Positions 9,858 to 19,637 of a stretch of 64,000 nt of DNA are shown in pieces. A program made the translations under genes and the position numbers. Position 1 is the first letter of the stretch. Every line of letters starts with the position of its first letter. Origin of the DNA: an uncultured delta proteobacterium (lineage in GTDB: Bacteria > Desulfobacterota > Binatia > UBA9968). Below the pieces are notes generated by a model. That model saw nothing but the letters and a program-made list of their open reading frames with translations. It was not told the DNA's origin and did no database searches. The stretch is from assembly GCA_963840855.1 (NCBI GenBank), contig CAWJBB010000030.1, positions 64,001 to 128,000 of the forward strand. Reading direction: 5' to 3'.

Positions 9858-10844
9858 TTAGGTGCGCCGTACCTGTTTAACGACCTCGGCGATGATCTGG
9901 TCCGCGTTGACGTTTTCCGCTTCGGCTTGGAAGTTGAGAATGATGCGATGGCGCAGCGCCGGGTAGAGCACTTTTTCCACGTCTTCGTAGCTGATGTGAA
10001 CCCGGCCTTCGGCAAGGGCATTGCCTTTGGCGCCGAGTATTATCGACTGCGCGCCGCGCGGGCTTGAGCCGAAACGCAGATAATTTCTTACCGACGCCGG
10101 CGCCACGGTGCCGTTTTGGGCCGCGGGTTGCGTGCCATGGACCAGACGCACTACGTAGTCTTCGATGGGCGGCGCGATCAGAACCTGGCGTAACAGTTGC
10201 TTCATGTCATTGATGTGCCGTCCGCCGTCTTCGGGCAGAACCCTGTTTGTTTCACCGCTTTCCGTGCCCGTAGTGCGCTTGAGGATCTCGCGCAACTCCG
10301 CCTGCGTCGGCGACGTCACTAGGAGCTTAAAAAAGAACCGGTCCAGTTGCGCTTCCGGGAGCGGGTAAGTCCCCTCGAGCTCGATGGGATTTTGCGTCGC
10401 CATCACCATGAACGGCGACTCGAGCAAGTGCGATTCCCCGAAAACGGTCACCTGCTTTTCTTCCATTGCTTCCAGCACCGCCGACTGAGTCTTGGGCGTG
10501 GCGCGGTTAATCTCGTCCGCCAGGACGACATGGGCGAAGACCGGGCCTTTTTTGAACTGGAATTCTCTACGTCCGCCGTTTTCTGCCAGCACCTCGGTGC
10601 CGACAATATCAGAGGGCATAAGATCCGGTGTAAACTGGATGCGCTTAAAAGACATACCGATGGCGGCGCTAAAAGCTTTGACGAGCAGCGTCTTGCCTAA
10701 TCCCGGCACGCCTTCTAGCAGCACATGGCCACCGGCGAAAAAGGCGATCAGAACTTTTCGGATAGCGTCGTCGTGACCGACGATGACCTTGCGTATTTCC
10801 GCTTCGATGCGCTTAAAAGTATCCTGAAATTTTTGCGGCTCCAT
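9858..10844 (-). CDS. MoxR-family AAA+ ATPase
   Basis: LLEGVPGLGKT, RIQFTPDLMPSD, LADEINRATPKTQSAVLEAMEE, ATQNPIELEGTYPLPEAQLDRF, LRHRI; start ATG 10844. Confidence 0.95.
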   Translation of the reverse strand: MEPQKFQDTFKRIEAEIRKVIVGHDDAIRKVLIAFFAGGHVLLEGVPGLGKTLLVKAFSAAIGMSFKRIQFTPDLMPSDIVGTEVLAENGGRREFQFKKGPVFAHVVLADEINRATPKTQSAVLEAMEEKQVTVFGESHLLESPFMVMATQNPIELEGTYPLPEAQLDRFFFKLLVTSPTQAELREILKRTTGTESGETNRVLPEDGGRHINDMKQLLRQVLIAPPIEDYVVRLVHGTQPAAQNGTVAPASVRNYLRFGSSPRGAQSIILGAKGNALAEGRVHISYEDVEKVLYPALRHRIILNFQAEAENVNADQIIAEVVKQVRRT

Positions 10845-10863
10845 CGCCACCCCTTTTTTTCCG

Positions 10864-12249
10864 TCAACGAATAATTCCGCGGTACTCCAGCGGCATCTGC
10901 TGCTTTTCGGCCGGCGCGTCGGGCACATGTTTGGGCAAGGGAACGTTACTTACGGGAACCTGAGAACTCGCTTTACCACCCTTCGAGTCCCGCTTTTGGC
11001 CACCGCCTTTTCCCTCCGCCGCGAGTTCTTCCGGCAACTGCACGGTCACGTAACCCGCGCCCTTGATGCCCTGGGATCCGCCCTCGCCCGGTTTATAAAA
11101 ACGTTCCGCCGGCGGCGTGCCTTGGGGTATTTCCTCCGACACTTTGCCGCGCCCGGTTCCTTCGTCCTTACCGCTTTCGGGCTTGCCGGGGCGTTCTTTG
11201 TTCTGATCCTTAGCGGTTTTGTTTGGATCGGACTGATTGCCGATACCGCCACTCTGGTCGCCCGGGTTCTTTTCCGAGCCTGGTTCCTTGGGGTTTCCCT
11301 GGGCCATTTTCCCTCGTTGCATTTCGTTGTTCAATTGGGCGTCAAACTCGCCCTTGCTGTCACCGCTGCTGCCCTGGCTCTGCTTCCCTTCTCCCTGACC
11401 CTGCTGCGGCAGATTGCTTTGAATTCCGCCCGCGCCGCTATCCTGATCTTTCTTTCGCTCTGCCCCGCCGGATTGCTGCTCTATACCCTGGAGCGTGCCG
11501 GCCGCCTGGTTTAATAGATCACGGTCTTGTTTCTGAGTTTGTTTTTTCTGCTGCTCATCTATCTTCTTGCGCTCTTCCTGAGCTAGGTTCCGTTGTTCTT
11601 GCATCGGCACCTTAGGATCTTCGAGTTTGGCCGCGAGATTATGGAGAGAACGTGCCGTTTCCAGCAGGTTTGGCCGCTGCGCCATCCGTTGCGCTAACTC
11701 GCGCAGCAGCTCGTGGGCGGGCTGTGGATGGAGGGTCGAATGAGCCAGCGGCAAAAGCAGTTGAAACAGCAATGCGGCGGCCAGTGAAATCAGCAACGAT
11801 GCGTAAACATGCCGTTTGATCCGGTAGGGAAACTCATGCTTGATCGCGATATGGCCTTGCAATCCAACCGCCTCCGCCCGCAGCCGGGACACCAAAAACG
11901 CGGCCGTCGGCGACGGTTGCAGCGTTGCCAACGTGAGAAACCGGTCTTCCGCAGCGGCGCGGTCATCGATCAAGCGCGCCGCTAGGTGGGCCGAGGGAAT
12001 GTTTGGACGGTAGCGGATCGCGATCGCTAGCGCGCCCACGGCCAGCGCCGCACAACCCAAAACCAAGGTTATTACCGGACTGATCCATAAGTTAAGAAAG
12101 AGATAAAGTAAGCAATAAAGGACCGCGGCCACGGGCGGCAACAAAACCAGGAGTGCGTCCCAAAGGGCATGGTGCGTGAGTTTTGTAACCAGGCCGAGAA
12201 TCACCTGTTCCGGCGCGCCGCGCTCCGACTTTTCTTTTAGCGCCTCCAT
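10864..12249 (-). CDS. Membrane-anchored coiled-coil protein with a G/Q/K-rich disordered tail (MoxR-operon partner)
   Basis: Three hydrophobic segments, coiled coil, low-complexity region, C-terminal MPLEYR; 19-nt gap to MoxR. Confidence 0.75.
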   Translation of the reverse strand: MEALKEKSERGAPEQVILGLVTKLTHHALWDALLVLLPPVAAVLYCLLYLFLNLWISPVITLVLGCAALAVGALAIAIRYRPNIPSAHLAARLIDDRAAAEDRFLTLATLQPSPTAAFLVSRLRAEAVGLQGHIAIKHEFPYRIKRHVYASLLISLAAALLFQLLLPLAHSTLHPQPAHELLRELAQRMAQRPNLLETARSLHNLAAKLEDPKVPMQEQRNLAQEERKKIDEQQKKQTQKQDRDLLNQAAGTLQGIEQQSGGAERKKDQDSGAGGIQSNLPQQGQGEGKQSQGSSGDSKGEFDAQLNNEMQRGKMAQGNPKEPGSEKNPGDQSGGIGNQSDPNKTAKDQNKERPGKPESGKDEGTGRGKVSEEIPQGTPPAERFYKPGEGGSQGIKGAGYVTVQLPEELAAEGKGGGQKRDSKGGKASSQVPVSNVPLPKHVPDAPAEKQQMPLEYRGIIR

Positions 12250-12292
12250 GGCGTTAACTATAACATGCCATCGCAGGGCCTCAAACGTGGTG

Positions 12293-13300
12293 TCAGCGCG
12301 GGCGCGCGACGGGCTGGAAGGTTTTCACCGCCTGGTTGTGCGCCTCAAGGGTCTCGGAGAAGTGGTGTGAGCCGTCGTTTTTTGAAACGAAGTAAAGATA
12401 CGGCACATCGGCTGGCGCTAGCGCCGCTTTGATGGATGATAAACCGGGATTGCAGATCGGCCCCGGCGGCAGACCTGGTACTCGGTAGGTGTTGTACGGA
12501 CTAGGATGTTGCAGGTTCTGGCGCGTCAGGTTTCCCTGAAAATCTTTGAGCCCGTAAATTACCGTGGGATCGCTTTGCAGAGGCATACTTAGCTTTAGAC
12601 GGTTGTGAAACACGGCTGATATCAATGGGCGCTCCGTTTCGAGCCCAGTTTCTTTCTCGATAATCGACGCCAAAGTAATCAGTTCATGGGGCGTCAGCCC
12701 CGCACGGGCGCCATTGGCTCGCTCTAGGACCGGGGCAGATACCTTGCGGAACTGTTCGGCCATGGCGAGGACGATATTTTTTTCGGGCGTTGACGGCGTG
12801 AAATAATAGGTGCTCGGAAACAGGTAACCTTCGATCCCTCGATTTGGCAATCTCAAAGTTGCCAACAGCTCCGGGGCGGATGCTTCGGCGAGAAACTTCT
12901 CGCTGTCGGCAATCTGCAGCTTTCCCAGCAACGCGGCGATTTCCTTGACCGTCAGGCCTTCCGGAATCGTGATCTTATGGAATAACCCTTTGCCCGTCGC
13001 CAGCCTTTCCAAAATCTCCCACGCCGGCACAGGCCCTTCGAAGCGATAAAGGCCGAGATGAATTTTCGTTTCCACGCGCCTAAGGCGCGCCCATAGCAAG
13101 AACAGCCGCTCGTTCGCAATGAGCTTTTCTGCGCGCAACTTGCGCACCACCACGGCCAGGGAGTCGCCCTGTTCTACCCGGATCTCCGTGACCGCCGGGT
13201 TACCGCTTGGATGGTGATTGAAGATGGACACGGCGACGAATGCGACGGACAACAAGGCCGAGCCGGCGATTATAAGCAGTGTGGCGAGTATGCGTTTCAT
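12293..13300 (-). CDS. mltG: Endolytic transglycosylase MltG
   Basis: TIPEG, EGYLFPSTY, LASIIEKET, VFHNRL, LQSDPTVIY, SPYNTY, GLPPGPICNPG, YLYFV. Confidence 0.95.
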   Translation of the reverse strand: MKRILATLLIIAGSALLSVAFVAVSIFNHHPSGNPAVTEIRVEQGDSLAVVVRKLRAEKLIANERLFLLWARLRRVETKIHLGLYRFEGPVPAWEILERLATGKGLFHKITIPEGLTVKEIAALLGKLQIADSEKFLAEASAPELLATLRLPNRGIEGYLFPSTYYFTPSTPEKNIVLAMAEQFRKVSAPVLERANGARAGLTPHELITLASIIEKETGLETERPLISAVFHNRLKLSMPLQSDPTVIYGLKDFQGNLTRQNLQHPSPYNTYRVPGLPPGPICNPGLSSIKAALAPADVPYLYFVSKNDGSHHFSETLEAHNQAVKTFQPVARPR

Positions 13301-13349
13301 TTTGGAAAGCTTAAAGGGGCAGCGATTGTTGGTCGAGGCGTTAAAGCCG

Positions 13350-13919
13350 TCAATTCGGCCTTATATTGACCTTGGCCCAGCCATCGATTTGGCGGAGAAA
13401 TCCGGCGAAGGGATCTTCTCCCGGATCCGCGGCGAAGTATGCCTTGCGGGTGTAATCCAGCGCTCCGGAGTAGTATTCGAATTTCTTTGAGAGTTCTTGA
13501 AAAAGAATGAACCCGGTGCGGTAGAGGGACACGTCTAGCTCCGAGACGGTCCAGTAGGAGCGGCTTCCCTCTTCGATGTAATAGCTGAGGCAGCCTTGGC
13601 GCGTGATGTAGTTGCGAAATATGCCGCTCATGAACAAGGCGTAATCGCCGACGTACTTGCGCCGCGAGCGCTCGGAGAGAATGGCGTCTTGGTCCGCCGG
13701 CTCATCCGCTCTTGCCGCAAGCATTTCCACGACGCTGTCCACTTTGCGCCCGCGCTGGCCGCGGATTCGGTATAAATTGTCGGTGCGGGCAAATTCCGTC
13801 AATACGTCCGCCACGTAATTCGCGACCATCGCATCGTTGATACCCAATTGCCAAAAGCTTTGGCGCACCACATTGAGGAAAAAGCCTTTGAGTTTGTTAT
13901 CCCCTGATCTCGTTTCCAT
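13350..13919 (-). CDS. Conserved hypothetical helical protein
   Basis: 189 aa with conserved-looking motifs YVADVLTEF, KYVGDYALFMSGIF, GSRSY, FQELSKKFE. Confidence 0.75.
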   Translation of the reverse strand: METRSGDNKLKGFFLNVVRQSFWQLGINDAMVANYVADVLTEFARTDNLYRIRGQRGRKVDSVVEMLAARADEPADQDAILSERSRRKYVGDYALFMSGIFRNYITRQGCLSYYIEEGSRSYWTVSELDVSLYRTGFILFQELSKKFEYYSGALDYTRKAYFAADPGEDPFAGFLRQIDGWAKVNIRPN

Positions 13920-14073
13920 AAGGTAATTTTACCAGAGTAGCATTTTTATGAAAAGACGAAATTCCGAAGGGTTCTATGAATAAGGCACGAGAGGAGGGCG
14001 GATAACCTAGCCATTTTCCGCGGGAAAGCTATAATGGCACAAAGTTAAAACAGCCGGAAAGCCGGAGGAAGTC

Positions 14074-14595
14074 ATGCCAGAAGACCTCAAGCAGGAGTTT
14101 TTTCGCCTCGATGGCGCCTGGGCCTCGTTCGAGTTGATGATGATCCGCAACCGCCAAGACTATCTTAAACCTTTCCGAATCCTCCGCTGCAAAATCGACG
14201 ACCAGGTCGATTTCCAATCTCCAGCGCCGTATCGAGCCTCGACGGAGGCAAGCGTCCTGATTGAAATCTTTGGCGAACAGGAGCTCGTTGCGGCCACTGG
14301 CAATGGACCGGTGCACGCCGTCGATAGCGCTATGCGTAAAGTTCTCGAAAAACACTATCCTCAGCTCTCGGACGTGCGCTTGGAAGAGTTCGATGTCCGG
14401 TTATTACATCACGGCGGCGGCTCGCGCGACGATGAGGGCAAAGGCGCGGAGGCGCTGGTGCGGGTGCTGGCGATTTTCTCCGACGGCAAGGACAGTTGGG
14501 GCACCGTGGGTGTCGCCGCCGATATCCTACAAGCCTGTGTTGAATGCATCATCGACGGCCTGGAATGGAAGCTGCGCGGCGAGCGCAAACACTAA
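14074..14595 (+). CDS. Stand-alone LeuA/CimA allosteric regulatory domain protein
   Basis: EASV, ATGNGPVHAVDSAMRKVL..YPQL.DV.L..F.VR, VRVL..FSDG..WGTVGV..DI..A match the C-terminus of citramalate synthase. Confidence 0.8.
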   Translation: MPEDLKQEFFRLDGAWASFELMMIRNRQDYLKPFRILRCKIDDQVDFQSPAPYRASTEASVLIEIFGEQELVAATGNGPVHAVDSAMRKVLEKHYPQLSDVRLEEFDVRLLHHGGGSRDDEGKGAEALVRVLAIFSDGKDSWGTVGVAADILQACVECIIDGLEWKLRGERKH

Positions 14596-14662
14596 ACTTC
14601 GCGCCCGTCACTCGGGTGCGATAGAAACGCGGCGGTCCGGTGACTTCCGATTTACCGCAATC

Positions 14663-15502
14663 ATGCTCCTGAGAACTGTTTCGCGTGGCATGCTGATTTT
14701 GTTCGTGCCGTTTTTTCTTTGGGCGTGCCCAATGGAAGAACGGCTGATTTTTCGCCCTGACAAGACGATCTACCAAACGCCCCGCGACGTCGGTCTCAAT
14801 TTCGACGACGTCCATTTCACGGCCCAGGATGGTGTTCGCCTCAACGGCTGGTTTGTTCCCTATCCCAATGCTCAGAGAACCCTGCTCTGGTTTCATGGCA
14901 ACGCCGGCAACATCAGCCACCGCGTGCAAAACATCAGGCTGCTGCACGACAAAGTTAAAATCAACGTCTTTATTTTCGACTACCGGGGTTACGGTCGCAG
15001 CGACGGCAAGACCTCGGAACCGGGCACTTACCTTGACGGCAGCGCGGCAATCGACTTTGTGCGCCGGAGCTATAACGTGCAACCGCAGCAGTTGGTTCTG
15101 TTTGGCCGCTCCTTAGGCGCGGCGGTGGCGGTTGAAATGGCCATGCATGTCGACAGCTTGGCGTTGATTCTTGAGAGCCCGTTTGCCTCCGTGCCGGAAA
15201 TGGCGCGGGCGGTTTTTCCTCTTTTGCCGCTTGCACCACTGCTCTCGACTCGATACGACAATCTGGAAAAAGTGCGGCGCGTTAAAAGCCCTTTACTGGT
15301 GCTGCACGGCGACCGCGACGAGGTGGTCCCTTTTAATCAAGGAAGGAAAGTTTTCGAGGCCGCGCCGGAGCCGAAAAAATTTTACACGATTGTCGGCGCA
15401 GGGCACAACGACACTTATCTAGTCGGCGGCGATGGATACTTTACAGCGCTGCGTGAGAGCATCGATTGGGCCGCGTCCTTGGCAAAGGACGCCGCGATCT
15501 AA
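14663..15502 (+). CDS. Alpha/beta hydrolase (ABHD13/BEM46-like)
   Basis: FHGNAGN, DYRGYG.S.G, GRSLG nucleophile, HGDRDEVVP, GAGHND. Confidence 0.9.
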   Translation: MLLRTVSRGMLILFVPFFLWACPMEERLIFRPDKTIYQTPRDVGLNFDDVHFTAQDGVRLNGWFVPYPNAQRTLLWFHGNAGNISHRVQNIRLLHDKVKINVFIFDYRGYGRSDGKTSEPGTYLDGSAAIDFVRRSYNVQPQQLVLFGRSLGAAVAVEMAMHVDSLALILESPFASVPEMARAVFPLLPLAPLLSTRYDNLEKVRRVKSPLLVLHGDRDEVVPFNQGRKVFEAAPEPKKFYTIVGAGHNDTYLVGGDGYFTALRESIDWAASLAKDAAI

Positions 15503-15589
15503 AAACAAGCGTCGACGATGCACAATTGCGAGGACGCGTGAGAACTGCTGCGCCGAATAAGAATCCGCAAAGCGGGTCAAAGCGTTGAG

Positions 15590-17311
15590 TTACGCTGAAA
15601 TCTCGTCTTCGCCGCCGGCATAGGCGTTTCTGATGTACTGCTCGATCATCCGTTGCGTGTTAAAGAACGAGCCGTTCAGGACGATGGCCGAACGCCTGAC
15701 TTCGGCGAATTTATCCGGTTCTCTGTAATACAGCGGCAGGATGACTTTTTCCAGTTTGTCGTATAGAGAAGCGGCTTCGGCCGAGGAATCGTTTTCCGTT
15801 CCGCTGGCGTCGCCGATGGACCAGCCGGTGACCCCCTCGACGTGCCCTTCGATCCACCACCCGTCGAGCACACTGAGGCTCGGCACGCCGTTGAGGGCCG
15901 CTTTCATCCCGCTCGTGCCGGAAGCTTCCTGCGGGCGCATCGGCGTGTTGAGCCAGGTATCGACGCCGGAGCAGAGCAGCCGTCCCAAATTCATGTCGTA
16001 ATTTTCCAAATAGACGACGCGCACAGTGTCGGAGAGCTCCGCCGCGGCCTCGAAGATGCGGCGGATGATCGCCTTGCCGTACTGATCTCGCGGATGGGCC
16101 TTGCCCGCATAGATCAGTTGTAGCGGTCCCGGGCCGCGGGCGATCCGTTTCAGCCTTTCCAGATCGGTGAACAGGAGATCACCGCGCTTATAGCCGGTGG
16201 CGCGGCGCGCAAAGCCCAGGGTAAAAATTTTCTCGTCAAGTTGCACCCCTGTGAGCCAGCGCACCTGTTGCAAAAGCTCTCTTTTCGCTTCGCTGTGAGC
16301 CGCGCGGATATCTGCGAGTGGCACGCCCAGGGCGTAGCGAAGATAATAATTGTCGCGACGCCATTCGGGAATGAAGCGGTCAAATAAGGCGCGCAACGGC
16401 GGGGCGGTCCAGGTGACGGCGTGAACACCGTTAGTAATGGCGCTTATACGGTGGCGCGGGAACATCGCGCGCGAAACCTCCCGGTGGCGGAGCGACACGC
16501 CGTTGATGAAACCGGATTGCTGTAAGGCCAGCTCGGTCATGTTCAGCGCGCCGTTCATGACCCGCAACTGCCTGAGTTCTTCGGCGCGCTCCGCGCCGAG
16601 CACCCCCTCTACCAGCTCCGAAGCAAAACAATCATGGCCCGCAGCCACCGGCGTGTGCGTGGTAAATACGCATTGGCGCCGCACGGATTCCAACTGCTCT
16701 TCGTCGAATCGACGAATCGCTTGGCCGCTCGCCGCTTGTTCCAGCAGAGCGAGTGTGACCAACGCCGAGTGGCCTTCGTTCATATGGTAAACGCTTAGAT
16801 TCGAGTAGCCCAGCGCGCGCAATATCGCGACGCCGCCAAAACCCAAGATGGTTTCCTGGCATAGGCGGTAGTGCTCGTCGCCACCGTAAAGGTGATCTGT
16901 GATCGCCCGAGCGCGGCGATCGTTCTCTTCTAAGTCGGTATCGAGAAAGATCAGCGGGACGAGATGGCCCGTGACACCGCGAATCGGGTAGCGCCAGGCG
17001 CGAATGCGTACTTCCCGGCCTTCCACCAGCACGGAAGCGCGGGCGGCCAACGACTCGAGCCGGCCTTCCGGCGACCAATGAGAAGGGCTTTCCGACTGGT
17101 TACCCTGGATATCGAGCCGCTGCTCGAAATAACCCTTGCGGTTCAGCAGCGTGACGGCTACCATCGGAAGCCGCAGATCCGCCGCCGAACGGACCATGTC
17201 GCCGGCCAAGATTCCCAATCCACCGCTATAAGTCGGAATCTCTGACTCGATGGCGATGTCCATGGTAAAGTAAGCGATGGTTCGGTTTGCTGAATCGAGG
17301 TCAGGCATCAT
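15590..17311 (-). CDS. glgP: Alpha-glucan phosphorylase (short form)
   Basis: YSGGLGILAGD, HMNEGH, FTTHTPV, ITNGVH, FARRATGYKR, AGKAHP, EASGTSGMK (PLP lysine), DGWW.EG. Confidence 0.93.
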   Translation of the reverse strand: MMPDLDSANRTIAYFTMDIAIESEIPTYSGGLGILAGDMVRSAADLRLPMVAVTLLNRKGYFEQRLDIQGNQSESPSHWSPEGRLESLAARASVLVEGREVRIRAWRYPIRGVTGHLVPLIFLDTDLEENDRRARAITDHLYGGDEHYRLCQETILGFGGVAILRALGYSNLSVYHMNEGHSALVTLALLEQAASGQAIRRFDEEQLESVRRQCVFTTHTPVAAGHDCFASELVEGVLGAERAEELRQLRVMNGALNMTELALQQSGFINGVSLRHREVSRAMFPRHRISAITNGVHAVTWTAPPLRALFDRFIPEWRRDNYYLRYALGVPLADIRAAHSEAKRELLQQVRWLTGVQLDEKIFTLGFARRATGYKRGDLLFTDLERLKRIARGPGPLQLIYAGKAHPRDQYGKAIIRRIFEAAAELSDTVRVVYLENYDMNLGRLLCSGVDTWLNTPMRPQEASGTSGMKAALNGVPSLSVLDGWWIEGHVEGVTGWSIGDASGTENDSSAEAASLYDKLEKVILPLYYREPDKFAEVRRSAIVLNGSFFNTQRMIEQYIRNAYAGGEDEISA

Positions 17312-17742
17312 TTTACCTAATAAGCAGTTAGACGGTTAGATTCGTCAAAGGATTGGAAGATTTGTTCGGGGATGGCCAAGGATTAAACTAATTCATCCGA
17401 GATCGAGAAATTCTCGCCCATATAGCACGTCTCTGGAGCCATATTCAATGGATAATCCGATGTGATGCACAATCCGTTCCATCCATCGCTCTAAATGAAC
17501 GCCTTGTCAGCGTTTCACGCGTCGCTCGATTGGCCGCCTCCATTTTCCCTGTCTATTTGCGATTCAGGCGAAAATTACTGTGAGCAAAAGCCGCGTAAAT
17601 CATCAGCCTTAAGGCTCCTGACTATCCTCTCCGGGGTCACTGGCGAGGCAATTTTTTGGCATGCCTGTCAATCCTATGCCGCTCCATGACCGAATGGGGA
17701 AGTTTATAGGAAATCCTTGCCGCGCGGAGATATTCCGATTTA

Positions 17743-18454
17743 CTAAAGCCGGTAGGCTTCGCAAAGATTACTCCAGGCCGGGTAGCGGGCAAGATTACGA
17801 AGTACTGCAATCGTCGGTGGCATCATGGGGAACTTGCCTGATTCTGATTCTGCCAGCGCTTTCTCCGGAGTGACCCACAGACTCTCCGCCACCTCTTCAG
17901 AAGTTGGCAGTGGCGTCTGGTTTTTCGGCAATGCCGCAAGATAGAAGCGCGTGTCAAAGCGAATTTTGTAATGTTCCGGAGTGATTCGGTGATAGATATA
18001 TTTCAGCCGGCTAAGGTCGCAGGCGAGTCGTTCGGCAGCCAATAGACTCGACAAATTGAGTTCCCCTCGCTGCAACGCTTGGCGTTTTGATGCCAGCTGT
18101 TGGATAGGCGTCGTTTCGTCCATGCATTGCGCGCTGGGGTTGACGAAAAAATGGATCCCCGCTTCTTCGAACAATTCCCGCACCGCCGCCACCCAATGTC
18201 CCAAACAGACTTCCCCGTCCAGTTCCGACTCAAGTGCCGCCCGCGCCTCGATTGGCGCGAGCCCCTGGGTAAGCGCGACCATCTGCCTGTGAACAGTCAT
18301 CCTTTTCGACGCAGCCGCCGGGAAAAACGTAGACGCCGGCGTAGGTCTCCATTTTTTCCGGCCGCCGGTTCATGAACACTTCGAACCCGCCACCTTCGTT
18401 GGGACGAACTAAAACGACGGTCGAGGCTGGCAACGGATTAGCGGGTTGAGCCAT
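17743..18454 (-). CDS. NUDIX hydrolase (Nudt19-like); apparent frameshift near 18290
   Basis: PASTVVLVR...VFPGG.V...D (ORF 18230-18454) continues as AAVRELFEEAG, ITPE..IRFDTRFY, MPPT (ORF 17743-18300). Confidence 0.85.
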
Positions 18455-18526
18455 GGGTGTTTAACTCCTCGATTTTAGGGACTTTGAAACCGTGCTGTCA
18501 GGCCGGCACGCCATCAAACGGCTGTT

Positions 18527-19300
18527 TCAATTGCGCGCTGATGGTTTGCCGATATGGATATGCGCGCCGGTGGAACTCCCTGGCATGCTGCCGCGAAAGG
18601 CGATGAACGGTATGCCTAATTGGCGCAGATATGATATCAACGAGCGCCCTTCGTTGCTGTCTGGATGGAGCGCCACATCCATCGCGTCACGATGGTCGAA
18701 ACGCAGGCGGTCATGCGCCGGTGACTGGCCAAAGGCACTAACCGGCAAGGTCTTGCTAAAGGTCTCGGAGAAAAACCTTTCGATCTTCGGCGCCTCCGCC
18801 AACGACCACAAGGCGCCGCCGTTGAAACGAATCAGCGCGCCGCCTTCGCTATAGCCGCCGCGGGCAAGCCGTGGCAAACGGAATAACTCATCGCGCAGTG
18901 TCACCTCGGCGATCGCGATGTCGTCTTCCAAAATCCAGCGCTTCACGTCCATGATATTGCGAATGGATGTCAAAAGCGCCTGTTGCACCGGCGCCACCTC
19001 ATCCCTCGCGATCAAACCCTGTTGGTAAAGATCCCGGCGCTTCTCGAATTGTTCACTTAGTCGCTTTTTTTCCTCTTCGTAAAGGCTAAGAAGCTGATCA
19101 TATCTCGCACGCGATTCTTTCATCTTGGCAATCGCGTCCGCCCGAAGGCGCACCAGCTCGGCATTGGTGCCTGATGCAGCACTCGACGATGCCGCGCGGC
19201 GTGGCGCCTGGTTGCCGGAATCTTGCGCCGCCTGCGCAAAGGCAGCGCACACTCCTAGATACAATAAAGCTAACCAAACACTGGGGCGTCGAAAAATCAT
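18527..19300 (-). CDS. Exported coiled-coil protein with a putative C-terminal LAS/M15-like Zn-peptidase domain
   Basis: Signal peptide, about 100-aa coiled coil, then PVSAFGQS..H...FDHRDAMDV...GAHIHIG. Confidence 0.7.
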   Translation of the reverse strand: MIFRRPSVWLALLYLGVCAAFAQAAQDSGNQAPRRAASSSAASGTNAELVRLRADAIAKMKESRARYDQLLSLYEEEKKRLSEQFEKRRDLYQQGLIARDEVAPVQQALLTSIRNIMDVKRWILEDDIAIAEVTLRDELFRLPRLARGGYSEGGALIRFNGGALWSLAEAPKIERFFSETFSKTLPVSAFGQSPAHDRLRFDHRDAMDVALHPDSNEGRSLISYLRQLGIPFIAFRGSMPGSSTGAHIHIGKPSARN

Positions 19301-19336
19301 GCCTTGACTCTACGTCGAAAAATCCCGTACAGGCAA

Positions 19337-19365
19337 ATTTTATGGGCTCTTATTGGTTGGGTCAA
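19337..19365 (-). promoter_or_regulatory. Putative sigma70 promoter of 18527-19300
   Basis: TTGACC-N17-TAAAAT, with the -10 box ending about 37 nt before the ATG. Confidence 0.6.
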
Positions 19366-19435
19366 GAGCATGCAGGGGGCCCATAAACCTGGACGGTGCG
19401 GAGCCAAGGCCCAATAACGATCTCGTTTGATTCTA

Positions 19436-19503
19436 TGGAAACCCCGCCTCTTGAGGCGGCAACAACATTGCGGGGTTTCCAAAGGGAGCCAGCATCCCCT
19501 TTG
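19436..19503. repeat. REP-like overlapping hairpins
   Basis: TGGAAACCCCGC/GCGGGGTTTCCA 12-bp stem, plus CCGCCTC/GAGGCGG and CAAAGGG/CCCTTTG. Confidence 0.6.
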
Positions 19504-19580
19504 CGATATTTTAATTGGCGGCGGGATCAAAACCCGCCCGCGAATTGGCTACGTTTATTGGAAGCGCCGATCTTGAAAGT

Positions 19581-19615
19581 GGCCTGGCATAGAGTCGCTA
19601 ATTCCACGCCAGGCC
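19581..19615 (-). terminator. Possible terminator hairpin after the molybdoenzyme operon
   Basis: GGCCTGGC...GCCAGGCC stem 22 nt after the stop; weak U-tract. Confidence 0.35.
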
Positions 19616-19637
19616 GCCGCTGCAATAACCGGTCCCG

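Noticed and set aside
17312-17742. sRNA or CRP site upstream of glgP
   Set aside because: Only an imperfect palindrome (GATGTGATGCACAATC) without CRP spacing; nothing else supportable.
19325-19400. c-di-GMP-I riboswitch (AGGCAAA)
   Set aside because: Wrong strand for the downstream gene and no GACGCAAAG partner; the sequence is explained by the minus-strand promoter.
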